Assembly (NCBI GenBank): GCA_963709345.1
Contig: CAVPVX010000004.1
Span: 224,001-288,000, forward strand
DNA length: 64,000 nucleotides
Direction of reading: 5' to 3'
Source of the DNA: an uncultured Actinomycetes bacterium
GTDB lineage: Bacteria; Actinomycetota; Thermoleophilia; UBA2241
Made by a program: the position numbers and the translations under genes
Shown here: positions 1 through 12,210 of the stretch, in pieces
How positions within the stretch are numbered: position 1 is the stretch's first letter
How the letters are laid out: the number at the start of each line of letters is the position of its first letter
Notes under the pieces: model-generated
Databases searched by the model: none
What the model saw: the letters and a program-made list of their open reading frames with translations, nothing else
What the model was told of the DNA's origin: nothing

Positions 1-898
1 TCACGCGCACCTGATGCCCGGCGGTGTACGGGTCGTGCGCGGCGACCATCGACCCCATCGCTTCCACCGCACCCTCCACGGTACCACGCAACCGATCCGT
101 CCCCTCGAGCAGCGCCTGCATGGCCCCGCGCCGCTCGCTGATGTCGTCGAAGACGGTGATGTAGGTGCCCGGATCGGTGCTGTAGACAGAGACGGACTGC
201 CACGTGCCGGGCGGCTCCAGCTCGATCTCCATGGTCTCCGGGGTGCCGGTGCTCGCCACGCGATCGTACGTCCTGAGGAGCCTTGGGCCTATCTGCCGGA
301 AGCCGGGGATGACCGCTGATCCTGAACGGCCGATCACATCGCTGAGTCCGGTGAGGCGCTCGAATGCCGGGTTGACTTCGAGGTAGACCCAGTCGACTGG
401 CTCGCCGGCCTGGTCGTACACGAGACGACAGTAGGCATACCCGTTCAGCAGGTTGCCGATGAGCGAGGCGTGGCGCTCCTCCGTGTCTGCCAGAGCGCGA
501 CGGCGGGCGCGCTCGTCGATGGCGCGTTCGACCATGAGCGGCAGGCGCGCCATCTTGTCCTTGAGCACGCAGTCGTCGGCGCCGTTCTTGAGCAGTTCGA
601 CGGTCGCCTCCTCGCCGATCGTGCCCGAGACGCAGATGAAGGGCGTGTTCGGCCGCGCTGTCCTGGCGAGCTCGAGCGCCTGATGAGCATTGAAGGCCGG
701 CAGCGAGAAGTCGGCGAGGATGACGTCGTGGTCGCCGCTGCCGAGGAGCTTCTCGAAGGCGCGGCCGTTCTCGGCCACGTCGAGCTCGAGCTCGTATCCG
801 GCGCTGCGCAGCGCCTCCGCCGTCAGCTCGGCGTCGGGGGCCGAGTCCTCGAGGCAGAGGACTCGGAGCCGCCGCGCTCGTGTGCGCTCGTCGTTCAC
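1..898 (-). CDS. Response regulator with REC and PAS domains; runs off the left edge (partial)
   Basis: Manual translation, absent from the ORF track: RLRVLCLEDSAPDAEL...DVILADFSLPAF...PFICVSGTIGEEATVELLKNGADDCVLKD (REC), then GYAYCRLVYDQAGEPVDWVYLEVNPAFERLTG (PAS). GTG at 898 directly follows the upstream RR stop; an in-frame ATG also lies at 928. Confidence 0.85.
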   Translation of the reverse strand, partial: MNDERTRARRLRVLCLEDSAPDAELTAEALRSAGYELELDVAENGRAFEKLLGSGDHDVILADFSLPAFNAHQALELARTARPNTPFICVSGTIGEEATVELLKNGADDCVLKDKMARLPLMVERAIDERARRRALADTEERHASLIGNLLNGYAYCRLVYDQAGEPVDWVYLEVNPAFERLTGLSDVIGRSGSAVIPGFRQIGPRLLRTYDRVASTGTPETMEIELEPPGTWQSVSVYSTDPGTYITVFDDISERRGAMQALLEGTDRLRGTVEGAVEAMGSMVAAHDPYTAGHQVRV

Positions 899-899
899 G

Positions 900-1350
900 T
901 CAGGGGCCGACCTGCGGCGGTCGTTCATTGATCAGCGCCCAGAAGATGCCGAGCTTCTCGCACCGCTTCCATGAAACTGTCGAACGCCACGGGCTTGACC
1001 ACGTAGGCGTTCACTCCCAGGCCATAGCTCGTCAGGATGTCCTGTTCTTCCCGCGAAGAGGTGAGGATCACGACCGGGAGCATCCTGAGCGCCGGGTCCT
1101 CGCGGATCTCGCGCAGAACCTCGAGGCCGTCCTTGCGCGGCATCTTGATGTCGAGCAGCACGACTGCAGGATGACAGGGTGCGCGGTCGGCGAAGATCCC
1201 CTCGCAGCGCAGGTACTCGAGCGCCTCCACGCCGTCGCGGGCCACCGTGACTGCGTTCGCGAGGTTCTGTGCAGCGAGCGCCTCAAGCGTGAGCTCGACG
1301 TCGTCGGGGTTGTCCTCAGCGAGCAGGATCCCCGGGTACTCCTTGGTCAC
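900..1350 (-). CDS. Single-domain response regulator (Rcp1-like), one apparent frameshift near the C-terminus
   Basis: ILLAEDNPDD...VLLDIKMPRKDGLEVL...PVVILTSSREEQDILTSYGLGVNAYVVKPV. The expected tail KLGIFWALINE is in an adjacent frame ending at TGA 902-900. The GTG start overlaps the HK stop (GTGA). Confidence 0.85.
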
Positions 1351-3901
1351 GATGTCGTCTCCTTCCGTTGCGGCAGAGAGAAGTAGAATGTCGCACCTTT
1401 GCCCGAGTGCGCCTTCGGCCCACACGCGGCCGCCGAGCCTCGTGACGATGCGATGGACGTTGGCGAGGCCGATGCCGGTGCCCTCGAACTCGCCGGCGCT
1501 GTGCAGGCGCTGGAACACGCCGAACAGCTTGTGAGCGTACTCCATGTCGAATCCCACGCCATTGTCGCGCACGAAGAAGACGTCGCCGGTCTCGTCGGTG
1601 TCGCCGTGCTCGGCGCCGACCTCGATCCGGGCCGGCGCCCTCCCGCGCGTGTACTTGACTGCGTTACCGAGCAGGTTTGCCCAGACCTGGCGCAACAGGG
1701 CGTGGTCGGCGACAACGCCGGGGAGTGGCCCGATGGCCCACTCGATCTCGCGACCGTCGGCCTCGTGCCGCAGCGGCTCGAGGGCTTCGGCCAGCACCTC
1801 ATCCATGTCGACGGCCGCGATCTTCAACTCCGCCCGCCCGGTGCGCGAGAACTGCAGCAGGTCGTCGATGAGCACGCCCATCTCGCGCACCGAGCTCGAG
1901 ATCCTGTCGACGTAGTGGCGGCACTTCTCGTCGAGTCCGTCTCCCGCTCGCTCCGCGAGCAGAGCGGAGAAACCGCTGACGTGGCGCAGCGGCGCACGCA
2001 GATCATGCGATACCGAGTACGCGAACGCCTCGAGCTCCTTATTGGCCGCGTCCAGTTCCGCCGTGCGGTCGAACACCCGCTGCTCGAGTTCCGCGTTGAG
2101 GCGTTCCACCTCTTCCTCGGCCGCCTTGCGCGTCGTGAAGTCGACGACGGTACCCTCGATCCGCTGAGACTCACCACTCTCGTCGCGCACCAGGTGAGCA
2201 TTGAGCAGGACGAAGAGCCTGGAGCCGTCGGACTTCACCGCCTCAGCCATGAAGCTGCGCGCGTAGCCGTCGCTCGTGAGCAACGCCAGGTACCGGTCCC
2301 TGTCGGTGGGGTGCCGCCAGAAGTCCGGTGTGTGCTGCCCGCGCAGGTCGGCATCGCCGTCGATCCCCAGGATCCGGCAGTAGGCAGGGTTGTGGTCGAG
2401 CAGCACGCCATCGAGCGACACGCTGTAGTAGCCCTCGTCGAGCGACTCGACCGTTTCTCTGAACTTGCGCTCACTGGCGCGTAGCTCCTGCTCTCTGGCG
2501 ACTCGCTCGGTGATGTCCTCGACGATGGTGGCGAAGCGGTCGCCGCCCTGTGGCACCACCGACACCTGGAAGTGCCGATCGAGCGGCTCGAAGTAGGACT
2601 CGAAGCGGCGCGGGAGCATCTTCGTCCACGGTCCGGGAGTAGACGTCCAGGAAGGGCGCCTCCGGGGTCTCGTACGACGGCGGTTGCGAGCCGCCGCGCA
2701 TCTGTTCGACCGCAGACCAATCTGGCGACATAGGCGGGGTTGACGTCGTCGACCCGGTAGTCGGTCGGATCGCCTTGCGCGATCGCGCACGAGCTCATGC
2801 ATGGCGACGCCCTCGGTCATGGTCTCGAAGAGCGAGCGGAACTTGACCTCGCTCGCGACCAGTTCCGTCGTGACTTGTGATTCGCGGGCGCGCCACAGCA
2901 GCAGGGTACCTGCAGCGGCGAGCGCGACGACGAGGAGGGTGAAACCCGCCGTCAGCCAGGCGCGGCTCTCGATCGGCCCCAGCACCTCGGCGGTGTCCAT
3001 CTTCGCGATGACGAACCAGCGCACGTCCGGCACCGGCTCGAGCGCGGCGATGACGGGGACGCCGCGGTAGTCGACACCCTCGACGATCCCGGTCGCGCCG
3101 CGCACGGCCATTGACGCCGGCAGGTGCTGGTCGCTCAGCGGGCGGGTCAGCCGCAGCGCCGTATCTTTGCGGTGGCGCAGCTCGTTGAGGAACACGACCC
3201 TGTCCCCGCGCCGCTGGACGACCAGGGTCTCGCCCGAGGCGCTCTCGAGGGGCCAGTCCTGGATGAGGGGATACAGGTAGTCGTGCGGGTTGATGTGAAG
3301 GACGACGGCGGCGATCGCCGGAGCGCCGGGCTCGTCGGCGAGCACCGGCGCCGCCATCTCCAGCCGCGCGTTTCCGGACGCGCCGAGGTAGAGTCCCGTC
3401 GTCTCGGCGCGGCTCGTGTGCAGGGTCGTGCGCACCAGCGCCCGCACCGGTATGCCCAGCGCGTGCGCCGCGTCCTCGGGCTCGCGGACCACGACCGCAC
3501 CGGTGCGGTCGACAAGCACGACGTCGACGTAGTCATAGTATTCCTGGATGGCCGCCAGCTGGGCGCGGACATCCGCCTCGGTCGCCGCTCCGCCGCGGCC
3601 TGCGAGCAGGTCGGCGACCGCGGCCGCGAGCAGTCGATCGCTGCGGATCACCTCCGCGTCGGCGCGTCGCTCACCCAGCCAGACGGAGATCTGGTCGGCC
3701 TTGAGCCGGGCGATGGCCACCAGCGAGCCCTCGGCGGCGTGCGCGCATCGAGCGCGCCTGCTCTCGCCAAGCCCAGTACGCGAGTCCGACGACGAGGACG
3801 GCGACCACGAGGAAGCCGGCGATGAGCAGGCCTTGTCCGCGTCGTCGGCTACTCGATCCGTGCCGACCCGCTTCTCCTTGGGTCTCCCTCGACGTCCGCA
3901 C
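1347..3901 (-). CDS. Membrane sensor histidine kinase (TM-Cache-like-TM-PAS-PAS-HisKA-HATPase), several frameshifts
   Basis: H-box FAYSVSHDLRAPLRH, N-box NLLGNAVKY, G1 DNGVGF, F/G2 LFGVFQRLH...GTGIGLA. The N-terminal TM (GLLIAGFLVVAVLVVGLAYWAW) and the C-terminus (GKGATFYFSLP) lie in other frames. The ORF track fuses it to the RR through a frameshift. Confidence 0.85.
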
Positions 3902-3970
3902 GAATCCCCTTCTCGCCGGTGGGCATCGACACTCCTCCTCACCGTACCCGGTGAGGCACGATAAGCAACG

Positions 3971-4013
3971 GAGTGGCCCAACGGGCCTGCGGCGCAGGCC
4001 CGTTGGGCCACTC
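3971..4013. repeat. Perfect 43-bp palindrome (21-bp arms, 1-nt centre)
   Basis: GAGTGGCCCAACGGGCCTGCG-G-CGCAGGCCCGTTGGGCCACTC in the divergent HK/nfnA intergenic region. Confidence 0.95.
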
Positions 4014-4143
4014 GAGCGAGGCAGCTGTCCCTCGCCTTGCAGGCTCGGGGGTATTATATAGAGAAGCTGACAGCGGGAGTCGCGGGTGGCCGCGGCCACC
4101 AAGGGTCGCGATCGCGTCGGGATACGAGTTCAAGGGGCTGACC

Positions 4144-4974
4144 ATGAACACCATCGTCGACCGTCAAGAGCTCACGAAGCGTGACCTGATCAGCCTCACG
4201 ATCGAGGCGCCGCAGATCGCGCGCAAGATTCGTCCGGGCCAGTTCGTCGTGCTACGCATCAACGAGACCGGGGAGCGGGTGCCGCTCACCGTCGCATACC
4301 GCGACGAAGCCAACGGCACCGTCACGATCATCTTCCAGGTGGTCGGCAAGAGCACGGCCATGCTCGCCTCACTGGGCCCCGGTGACGCCATCAAGGACCT
4401 CTGCGGACCGCTCGGCGCGGCCGTGGAGTTCGAGAAGACCGGCACGATCGTCGGCATCGGTGGCGGATCCGGCATCGCCGTGCTGCACCACCTGCTCATC
4501 GGCCACCGTGAGGTCGGCAACCACATCATCGGGGTGGTCGGAGCGCGCCAGAAGGACCTCCTGATCCTGGAGGACGAGATGCGCGGCCTCTGCGATGAGC
4601 TCATCGTGACCACCGACGACGGGAGCTACGGCGTCCACGGCCAGGTCACCGACGCGCTCAAGTCACTGGTCGAGCGCCACGAGAACATCGACCGGGTCAT
4701 CGCCGTCGGGCCGCTCATCATGATGCGCGCGGTCACTGAGATGACGCGCATCTACGGGCTGCCGACGGAGGTGAGTCTCAACCCCATCATGGTCGACGGC
4801 ACCGGCATGTGCGGGGGCTGCCGGTGCAGCGTGGGAGGCGAGACGAAGTTCGCCTGTGTCGACGGCCCCCACTTCAACGCCTTCGAGGTCGACTTCGACG
4901 AGCTGATCAAGCGCAACCGCATGTACGGGCGCGACGAGCGCACCTCGCTGCTCACGTCCATCAAGGCGCGATAG
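4144..4974 (+). CDS. nfnA: NfnA/SudB-like FAD/NAD-binding 2Fe-2S subunit of electron-bifurcating transhydrogenase
   Basis: PGQFVVLRINETGERVPLT, GGGSGIA, TTDDGSYG, SLNPIMVDGTGMCGGCRC...FACVDGP. Adjacent to a GltD-like gene. Confidence 0.9.
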   Translation: MNTIVDRQELTKRDLISLTIEAPQIARKIRPGQFVVLRINETGERVPLTVAYRDEANGTVTIIFQVVGKSTAMLASLGPGDAIKDLCGPLGAAVEFEKTGTIVGIGGGSGIAVLHHLLIGHREVGNHIIGVVGARQKDLLILEDEMRGLCDELIVTTDDGSYGVHGQVTDALKSLVERHENIDRVIAVGPLIMMRAVTEMTRIYGLPTEVSLNPIMVDGTGMCGGCRCSVGGETKFACVDGPHFNAFEVDFDELIKRNRMYGRDERTSLLTSIKAR

Positions 4975-4984
4975 GAGGCCGGGG

Positions 4985-6813
<1,829 letters not shown>

Positions 6814-6901
6814 CCCTCGGCCGGGAGCGAACATGCAAGGGGCCGGCGCGTCGGCAACGGGGCTGCCTCGTCGGCCTTTGTCGTGCCCGGGATGGGAGCG
6901 G

Positions 6902-7465
6902 TCAGGCCCTCGTCTCGGCCTCCGCCTCGGTGAGCCGATGCGCGAGTTCCTCCCAGTACGACGCGACGCCGTCCTCGACCTCGTCCCAGTGAACGGCTTC
7001 GAATTCCTCCGTGAGCTCTCGTCGGTCGTTCAGCGTGAGGTAGTGCTGGGCCGTGTCGAAGAAGACGGTCTCCTCGACGTCGATGTGACAGCGGATGACC
7101 TCGACGTACTCCCGCAGGCGGGTGGAGAAATCGAGCGCCGCGACGCGGTCACCCGGGTCCATGACCTCGAGGAGCTGTTCGAGAGAGTCCAGCTTGCCGC
7201 GGCACCACTCGTGCTCGCCGAGCATCTGCTCCAGCGGCTCGTCCTCCTCGGTCATCCCCCGTTTGTGGCAGCGCGCGAAGAGCAGGCCCTCTTCCTTGGG
7301 GTCGTGCAGGCCGTCGTTGAAGTAGCGGAAGAAGCCGAGGATGTCGACGGCGAGGTCGGCACGCACGGCGCCGCTGGCCTCGATGTGGGCGCACTCCTTG
7401 TCGGCCGCGTCGGCCACCTCGAGAACCAGACGGTGCTCAGCCTCGAGGATCTTCCTCCAGCCCAT
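6902..7465 (-). CDS. Hemerythrin domain protein
   Basis: LEAEHRLV, HDPKEEGLLF, MLGEHEW, HIDVEETVFF (HHE-type motifs). RBS AAGGAGG precedes ATG 7465. Confidence 0.85.
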   Translation of the reverse strand: MGWRKILEAEHRLVLEVADAADKECAHIEASGAVRADLAVDILGFFRYFNDGLHDPKEEGLLFARCHKRGMTEEDEPLEQMLGEHEWCRGKLDSLEQLLEVMDPGDRVAALDFSTRLREYVEVIRCHIDVEETVFFDTAQHYLTLNDRRELTEEFEAVHWDEVEDGVASYWEELAHRLTEAEAETRA

Positions 7466-7692
7466 GGGCTCCTCCTTACACGAGCACGGACCGCACCGGC
7501 GTGCGGCCCCCGCAGACACTGTGTCCCCTATGCTACCCCTCGTCGGGCAGAAGTGTGCTGTGATGCACCGAAATGGGGTTTACACCTTACTTTGGCCGTG
7601 GTGCGCGCCGTAGTCGGGCGGAGCGCCTATCATGTGCGTGGGTTCGAGGCGCCGACCGCGCCCGGGTGACGCCGACGAACGGGAGGGATCTG

Positions 7693-9210
7693 ATGAGTGA
7701 CCAGAGCAGGGGCACCGGCCGTGTGGTGCTGGCCCTCGACCACGGGACGACGAGCGCGCGCGCTCTCGTGATCGACGCCGCCGGCGTCGTTCTGGCGAGC
7801 GCTCAGCAGGAGGTCGGCCTGAGCTTCCCCGAGCCCGGTTGGGTGGACCAGGACCCACAGGAGATGTGGTCCGCGCAGCTCGCGACCGCCCGCGCCGCCC
7901 TCGCCGAGGCGGGGGTGAAGGCAGCAGGCGTGGCCGGCATCGGCATCACCAACCAGCGTGAGACGACGATCGTATGGGACCGCGCGACCTCCGAGCCCGT
8001 GGCGCCGGCGATCGTGTGGCAGGACCGGCGCACGGCTGCGTTCTGCGAGGAGCTGCGCGGCGCCGGGTGTGAGGCTCTCGTCCGGCGCAAGACCGGCCTG
8101 CTCCTCGACCCATACTTCTCCGCGACCAAGCTGCACTGGCTGCTCGAGCACGTTCCCGGCGTGCGCGAACGCGCGGTGCGCGGCGAGCTCGCCTTCGGCA
8201 CCGTCGACAGCTGGCTGGCGTGGCGCCTCAGCGGCGGCCGTCGCCACGTCACCGACGCGACGAACGCCTCGCGCACGCTGCTCTACGACATCCACGAAGG
8301 CGCCTGGGACGGCGAACTGCTCGAGCTCTTCGGCGTGCCGCGGGAGCTCCTCCCCGAGGTCTGTGACAGCAGTGGCGTGTGCGGTGAGACGGATCCGGAC
8401 CTGCTCGGTGCGCCGGTGCCGATCGCCGGCATCGCCGGCGACCAGCAGGCCGCGCTCTTCGGGCAGGCGTGCATCAGCCGGGGGATGGCCAAGGTCACCT
8501 ACGGCACCGGCTGCTTCCTGCTCTTGCATACCGGGGATGAAGCCGCGACCGCGCCTCCCGGCCTCGTATGCACGGTAGCGCTGCAGCGCGACGGGCGCCG
8601 GACCTACGCTCTCGAGGGCAGCGTCTTCGTCGGCGGCGCCGCGGTGCAGTGGCTGCGCGACGGTCTCGGCGTCGTCGCCGGGGGTGCGGAGGCGACCGCG
8701 CTGGCCGGCACCGTGGGGGCGAGCGCCGGCGTGGTCTTCGTGCCCGCGCTCGCCGGACTCGGCGCCCCGTACTGGGAACCGCACGCGCGCGGTGCGATCT
8801 TCGGCATCACGCGTGGGACGACGACGGCGCACATCGCGCGCGCCACGCTTGAGGGTATCGCCTTCCAGGTCGGCGACCTGTATGAGGCCGAGACGGCGGG
8901 CGCTGGGGTCGTGCCCAGCGTCGTGCGCGCCGACGGCGGCGCCGCTTCCAGTGACCTGCTGCTGCAGTTCCAGGCCGACCTGCTCGGGACGGAGGTGACC
9001 CGAGCCGGGCAGCCCGAGGCGACGGCGTTCGGCGCGGCCTGGCTTGCGGGTCTCGCGACCGGAGTCTGGCGAGACCAGGACGAGGTCGCCGCTCTGTGGA
9101 CGGCCGGGACCTGCTTCACTCCCACCCCCGGGGTCGACCGCGAGGCGCTCGCCCGGTCGTGGCGCGCCGCCGTGGCGGCCGTGCGCTCGTTCGCGCGCGA
9201 GTCGCAGTAA
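7693..9210 (+). CDS. glpK: Glycerol kinase
   Basis: [71 protein letters not shown]. Confidence 0.95.
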   Translation: MSDQSRGTGRVVLALDHGTTSARALVIDAAGVVLASAQQEVGLSFPEPGWVDQDPQEMWSAQLATARAALAEAGVKAAGVAGIGITNQRETTIVWDRATSEPVAPAIVWQDRRTAAFCEELRGAGCEALVRRKTGLLLDPYFSATKLHWLLEHVPGVRERAVRGELAFGTVDSWLAWRLSGGRRHVTDATNASRTLLYDIHEGAWDGELLELFGVPRELLPEVCDSSGVCGETDPDLLGAPVPIAGIAGDQQAALFGQACISRGMAKVTYGTGCFLLLHTGDEAATAPPGLVCTVALQRDGRRTYALEGSVFVGGAAVQWLRDGLGVVAGGAEATALAGTVGASAGVVFVPALAGLGAPYWEPHARGAIFGITRGTTTAHIARATLEGIAFQVGDLYEAETAGAGVVPSVVRADGGAASSDLLLQFQADLLGTEVTRAGQPEATAFGAAWLAGLATGVWRDQDEVAALWTAGTCFTPTPGVDREALARSWRAAVAAVRSFARESQ

Positions 9211-9260
9211 CGTCGCGCGCTCGCCGGCCCGCCGGGCGCCCTTCGTCGCGAGGGGAGCGC

Positions 9261-9716
9261 TCAGTGTCGGTGCGGTACCACGAGCACCGGCACGTCGCTG
9301 CGGTGCAGGAGCTCGAACGGCGTGTGCCGGCCCAGCGCCCCCGCGATGGGGCCCTCGCCGTGCGAGCCTACGACGATCATGTGTGAGCCGCGCTCGCGGG
9401 CGATGGCCTCGAGCGCTCGAACCGGCTCGTCCCACACCAGCAGCACCTCGGTCTCTGCGCCTGCCGCGCGCGCCCTGGCCGCGGCGCGGCTGAGCATCGG
9501 CTCGACCTCATGCTCGACGCGCCGCTCGTAGTCGCGAAGCTCCTTGGCCGCGGCGCACCCCGGGTCGAGGGCGCAGCGCAGACCGGGAGGAGGCTCGTGG
9601 CAGTAGACGAGGACGATCATCGAGCCCGGCGCGCCGCGGGACAACTCGACGGCTTCGTCGAGGGCCGCCGCGGAGCACGCCGAACCGTCGTACCCCAGTA
9701 CGATCGGATGTGGCAT
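9261..9716 (-). CDS. Universal stress protein
   Basis: IVLGYDGSACSAAAL...MIVVGSHGEG...LG...VPVLVVP. Confidence 0.9.
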   Translation of the reverse strand: MPHPIVLGYDGSACSAAALDEAVELSRGAPGSMIVLVYCHEPPPGLRCALDPGCAAAKELRDYERRVEHEVEPMLSRAAARARAAGAETEVLLVWDEPVRALEAIARERGSHMIVVGSHGEGPIAGALGRHTPFELLHRSDVPVLVVPHRH

Positions 9717-9824
9717 CTCCGCTCCTTCCCTGGGCGTCCGGGCCGTGGCTCCCCGTCGCGCGCTCGCCGGACGTCCACACTCTGATGATGCCCCCGTATG
9801 CCGGGAGGTTATCCGTCGGCGTCG

Positions 9825-10778
9825 TCACGGCCAGGGATTCAGCAGCGCCCGCAGGTTGCGGGCGATGAGCGCCGGCGAGTAGTCGAGGCCGCAGGCCGCC
9901 AGCTTCTCGCGGGAGGCGGCGGAAAGCCGCTCCGGAGGAGTCGCCGCGAGGATGGCCGCCGAGTCCGCCTCGTCGAAGACCTCCGGCGGCGACACCCGGA
10001 GTTCGACGGTGGCGTTCTCGGGGCAGGCCTGTTGGCAGCGCAGGCACCCGACGGCGCAGTGGTGCCAGGCCGGGTCGACCCACTCGGGGAAGGGAGCTTC
10101 GTCCTCGTTGACCCAGGCAAGGCAGCGGTCCGTCTGCAGAAGGAAGCGGTCGCCGCGGATCGCACCGCTCGGACAGGCCCGCAGGCAGGCGCTGCAGCGC
10201 GCGCAACGGTCCAGCTCCCTCGGTTCGCCCCACACGGCGTCGTGCGGCGGCGGCGCGTCGCTGGCGCATGCCGCCAGCACGAGGTAACTGCCGAGTCCGG
10301 GGACGTACGCGAGGGTGTTCCTACCGTAGCGCGCCAGGCCGGAACAGGCCGCCAGAGTCTTGAGAGGCGGCTGGACGGTCGCCGCCGAGAACCCGGACGG
10401 CGCGAGCGCCTCGGCCACGACATCCCTCAGGACTGTCTCCGCCGTGTGGTACCCGGCGTAGTGTGGCGGCACGGGGACGGCGTGGCGCTCTCCGGCGATG
10501 GTCAGGGTGCCCAGTGTCAGCGGTCGCGCGGCGGCGGCGACCACGACCGAGCGCATCCGGTCCGGGCCCGCCGAGGCGGACCCACGGCCGTTGGGCGGCT
10601 CGAAGGCGACCTCGCCGGCAAGGCGGGCGGCGGCCGGGCCGGGCAGCTCGGCGGCGCCGAGGATCCCGGCCACGCGATCACGCACGTCGTGGAGCCGCTC
10701 CACCGGGACCACGCGGGCAGTCCAGCCCGCCGCCGCGGCGGCGGCGAGCACGACGGGCCAATCGGGAGAGGCGGTCAT
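9825..10778 (-). CDS. QueG-like (epoxyqueuosine reductase family) double 4Fe-4S protein
   Basis: PLKTLAACSGLARYGRN...GLGSY, CARCSACLRACP, GCLRCQQACP. Confidence 0.75.
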   Translation of the reverse strand: MTASPDWPVVLAAAAAAGWTARVVPVERLHDVRDRVAGILGAAELPGPAAARLAGEVAFEPPNGRGSASAGPDRMRSVVVAAAARPLTLGTLTIAGERHAVPVPPHYAGYHTAETVLRDVVAEALAPSGFSAATVQPPLKTLAACSGLARYGRNTLAYVPGLGSYLVLAACASDAPPPHDAVWGEPRELDRCARCSACLRACPSGAIRGDRFLLQTDRCLAWVNEDEAPFPEWVDPAWHHCAVGCLRCQQACPENATVELRVSPPEVFDEADSAAILAATPPERLSAASREKLAACGLDYSPALIARNLRALLNPWP

Positions 10779-10936
10779 CGGTCGTTCCTTGGGAGAGGGG
10801 CTGCCGGCCCGTCGAGTGTGCGTCGCGGCCGCGCTCCTGGCAAGCCGCGCAGGGCTTGTGCCCGCACCTTCGCCGTCGGAGACTGTACGGGAACGGCCGC
10901 CGTGGCCGGTCGCCGGACTGTTCGAGGAGGCGTCGC

Positions 10937-11101
10937 TTGCGCGGGAACGTGGTCGTGATGCTCATGCTTGGAGGCGGGATCTTCTTCACGCTCGTCTCGG
11001 TGGCCGCCTGGGCCGCCGGGCGCCGCACGGGTTCGATGCTCCTGGCGGTGGTGGCCGGCATCGACTTCGCCTTCGCCGCCTCGCTCCTGCTCCGCGGATG
11101 A
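10937..11101 (+). CDS. Small two-TM hypothetical membrane protein (54 aa)
   Basis: RBS GAGGAGG at 10924-10930, TTG start; two hydrophobic segments (GGGIFFTLVSVAAWAA, MLLAVVAGIDFAFAASLLL). Confidence 0.55.
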   Translation: MRGNVVVMLMLGGGIFFTLVSVAAWAAGRRTGSMLLAVVAGIDFAFAASLLLRG

Positions 11102-11690
11102 ACCGCCGGGCGCCGCCCCGTCTGCTCGGCCCGGCCGCTCGTGGGGCGCTCCGGCCCGCGCCGCCACGACGAGCACGAAGTCGTGGTCGTAGATGAACCG
11201 GTCGTTCATGACGTTCCAGCCGACGTCTAGGCTCACGAATCTCTTTCCCAGCCTTTCCCCGACGGTGACGACCTCGGCGAGGAGCACCGCCGACTCGTTG
11301 GTGAGGAACCCCCCGGCCCGACGCCAACGGTGACGTCCGGCTTAGCGAAGCGGCGCGCAGGGTCGCGGCGTAGGCGTCAAGGTCGAGTGGCTCCTCGCCC
11401 TGGTGGAGCGGTGTACCCAGACCGCCGCCGACGTCGATCTCGGTCGGGGGCAGCCGGCGCCGGTCGGTCGCCGCGCCACCGGTTCGAGCGCGGCGTCGAA
11501 GGTGAGCAACTTGCTGTCGAGCATACCGTTGGCGAGATGCGCGTGCAGGGTGTCGACCGTCAGATCGCACCGGGCGGTGGGGGCGGGCGTCGCGTCCCGC
11601 GACGACCAGGCGTCCGCCGGTGACGCGCACTCCGCCGTGCTTCCACGCGTGTCGTGCGGGCGGCGTCGCCACGAGTTGAGCGCCCCGCGC
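11100..11690 (-). pseudogene. lysA: Internally deleted, frameshifted diaminopimelate decarboxylase-like remnant
   Basis: Fragments in different frames: GRLVVAGRDA, LHAHLANG, EIDVGGGLG, LLAEVVTVGERLGKRFVSLDVGWN. About 0.6 kb, well short of a full gene. Boundaries approximate. Confidence 0.7.
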
Positions 11691-11768
11691 TCGGCCGGGG
11701 TCGCGAGCGTGGTTCGACCGCTACGCCGGAGCCTTCTGTCGACGTCGATCGGTGGAGGCGTCGCTCAT

Positions 11769-12152
11769 CTAGTCGAAGTACTCCCGAAACGCGGTGAGCC
11801 CGTAGATGATGACGCCGTAGACGATCATCATCGCAAGGCCCCAGAACGGGCTGACCGACCAGATCACGAACCACGCGACCAGACCGATCACCGCCAGGAC
11901 GATGGCCGGGACGCGGGCCGCGCGCAGACGCATGAGCACCGCTATGCCGGCAAGGAGCTGTACGGCGCCGAGGACCAGCCAGAGGATGCTCCACTCCTGG
12001 ATGCCCGCGACGATGATCGCGCTCTCGTCGAAGACCTCGCGCTTGAGCAGCCCGGTGACTCCGGCGATCAGGTTGAAGGCGCTCGCCACGAGAAAGAAGA
12101 TGCCGGAGAACTCGATCCAGCCGGCTCCCTGGCCCTTGGAATGTCCTGTCAT
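11769..12152 (-). CDS. Four-TM membrane protein (DUF7144-like)
   Basis: GWIEFSGIFF...FNLIAGVTGL...WSILWLVLGAVQLLAG...PFWGLAMMIVYGVIIYGL. Confidence 0.75.
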   Translation of the reverse strand: MTGHSKGQGAGWIEFSGIFFLVASAFNLIAGVTGLLKREVFDESAIIVAGIQEWSILWLVLGAVQLLAGIAVLMRLRAARVPAIVLAVIGLVAWFVIWSVSPFWGLAMMIVYGVIIYGLTAFREYFD

Positions 12153-12210
12153 GTCCCGCCTCCGCTGGTTGTTGCCGGAGCGGCGGGGTCGCCCCGGCCG
12201 CCCTTCACAG

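Noticed and set aside
925-4011. 1028-aa hybrid kinase ORF in the track
   Set aside because: A frameshift joins the HK and RR. The HK has its own C-terminus and stop at 1347, overlapping the RR GTG.
7630-9435. Long antisense and alternate-frame ORFs (also 34229-36367, 61945-63819, 22347-23460)
   Set aside because: These are shadows of real genes, expected at this GC content. They are Arg/Ala/Pro-rich and carry no motifs.
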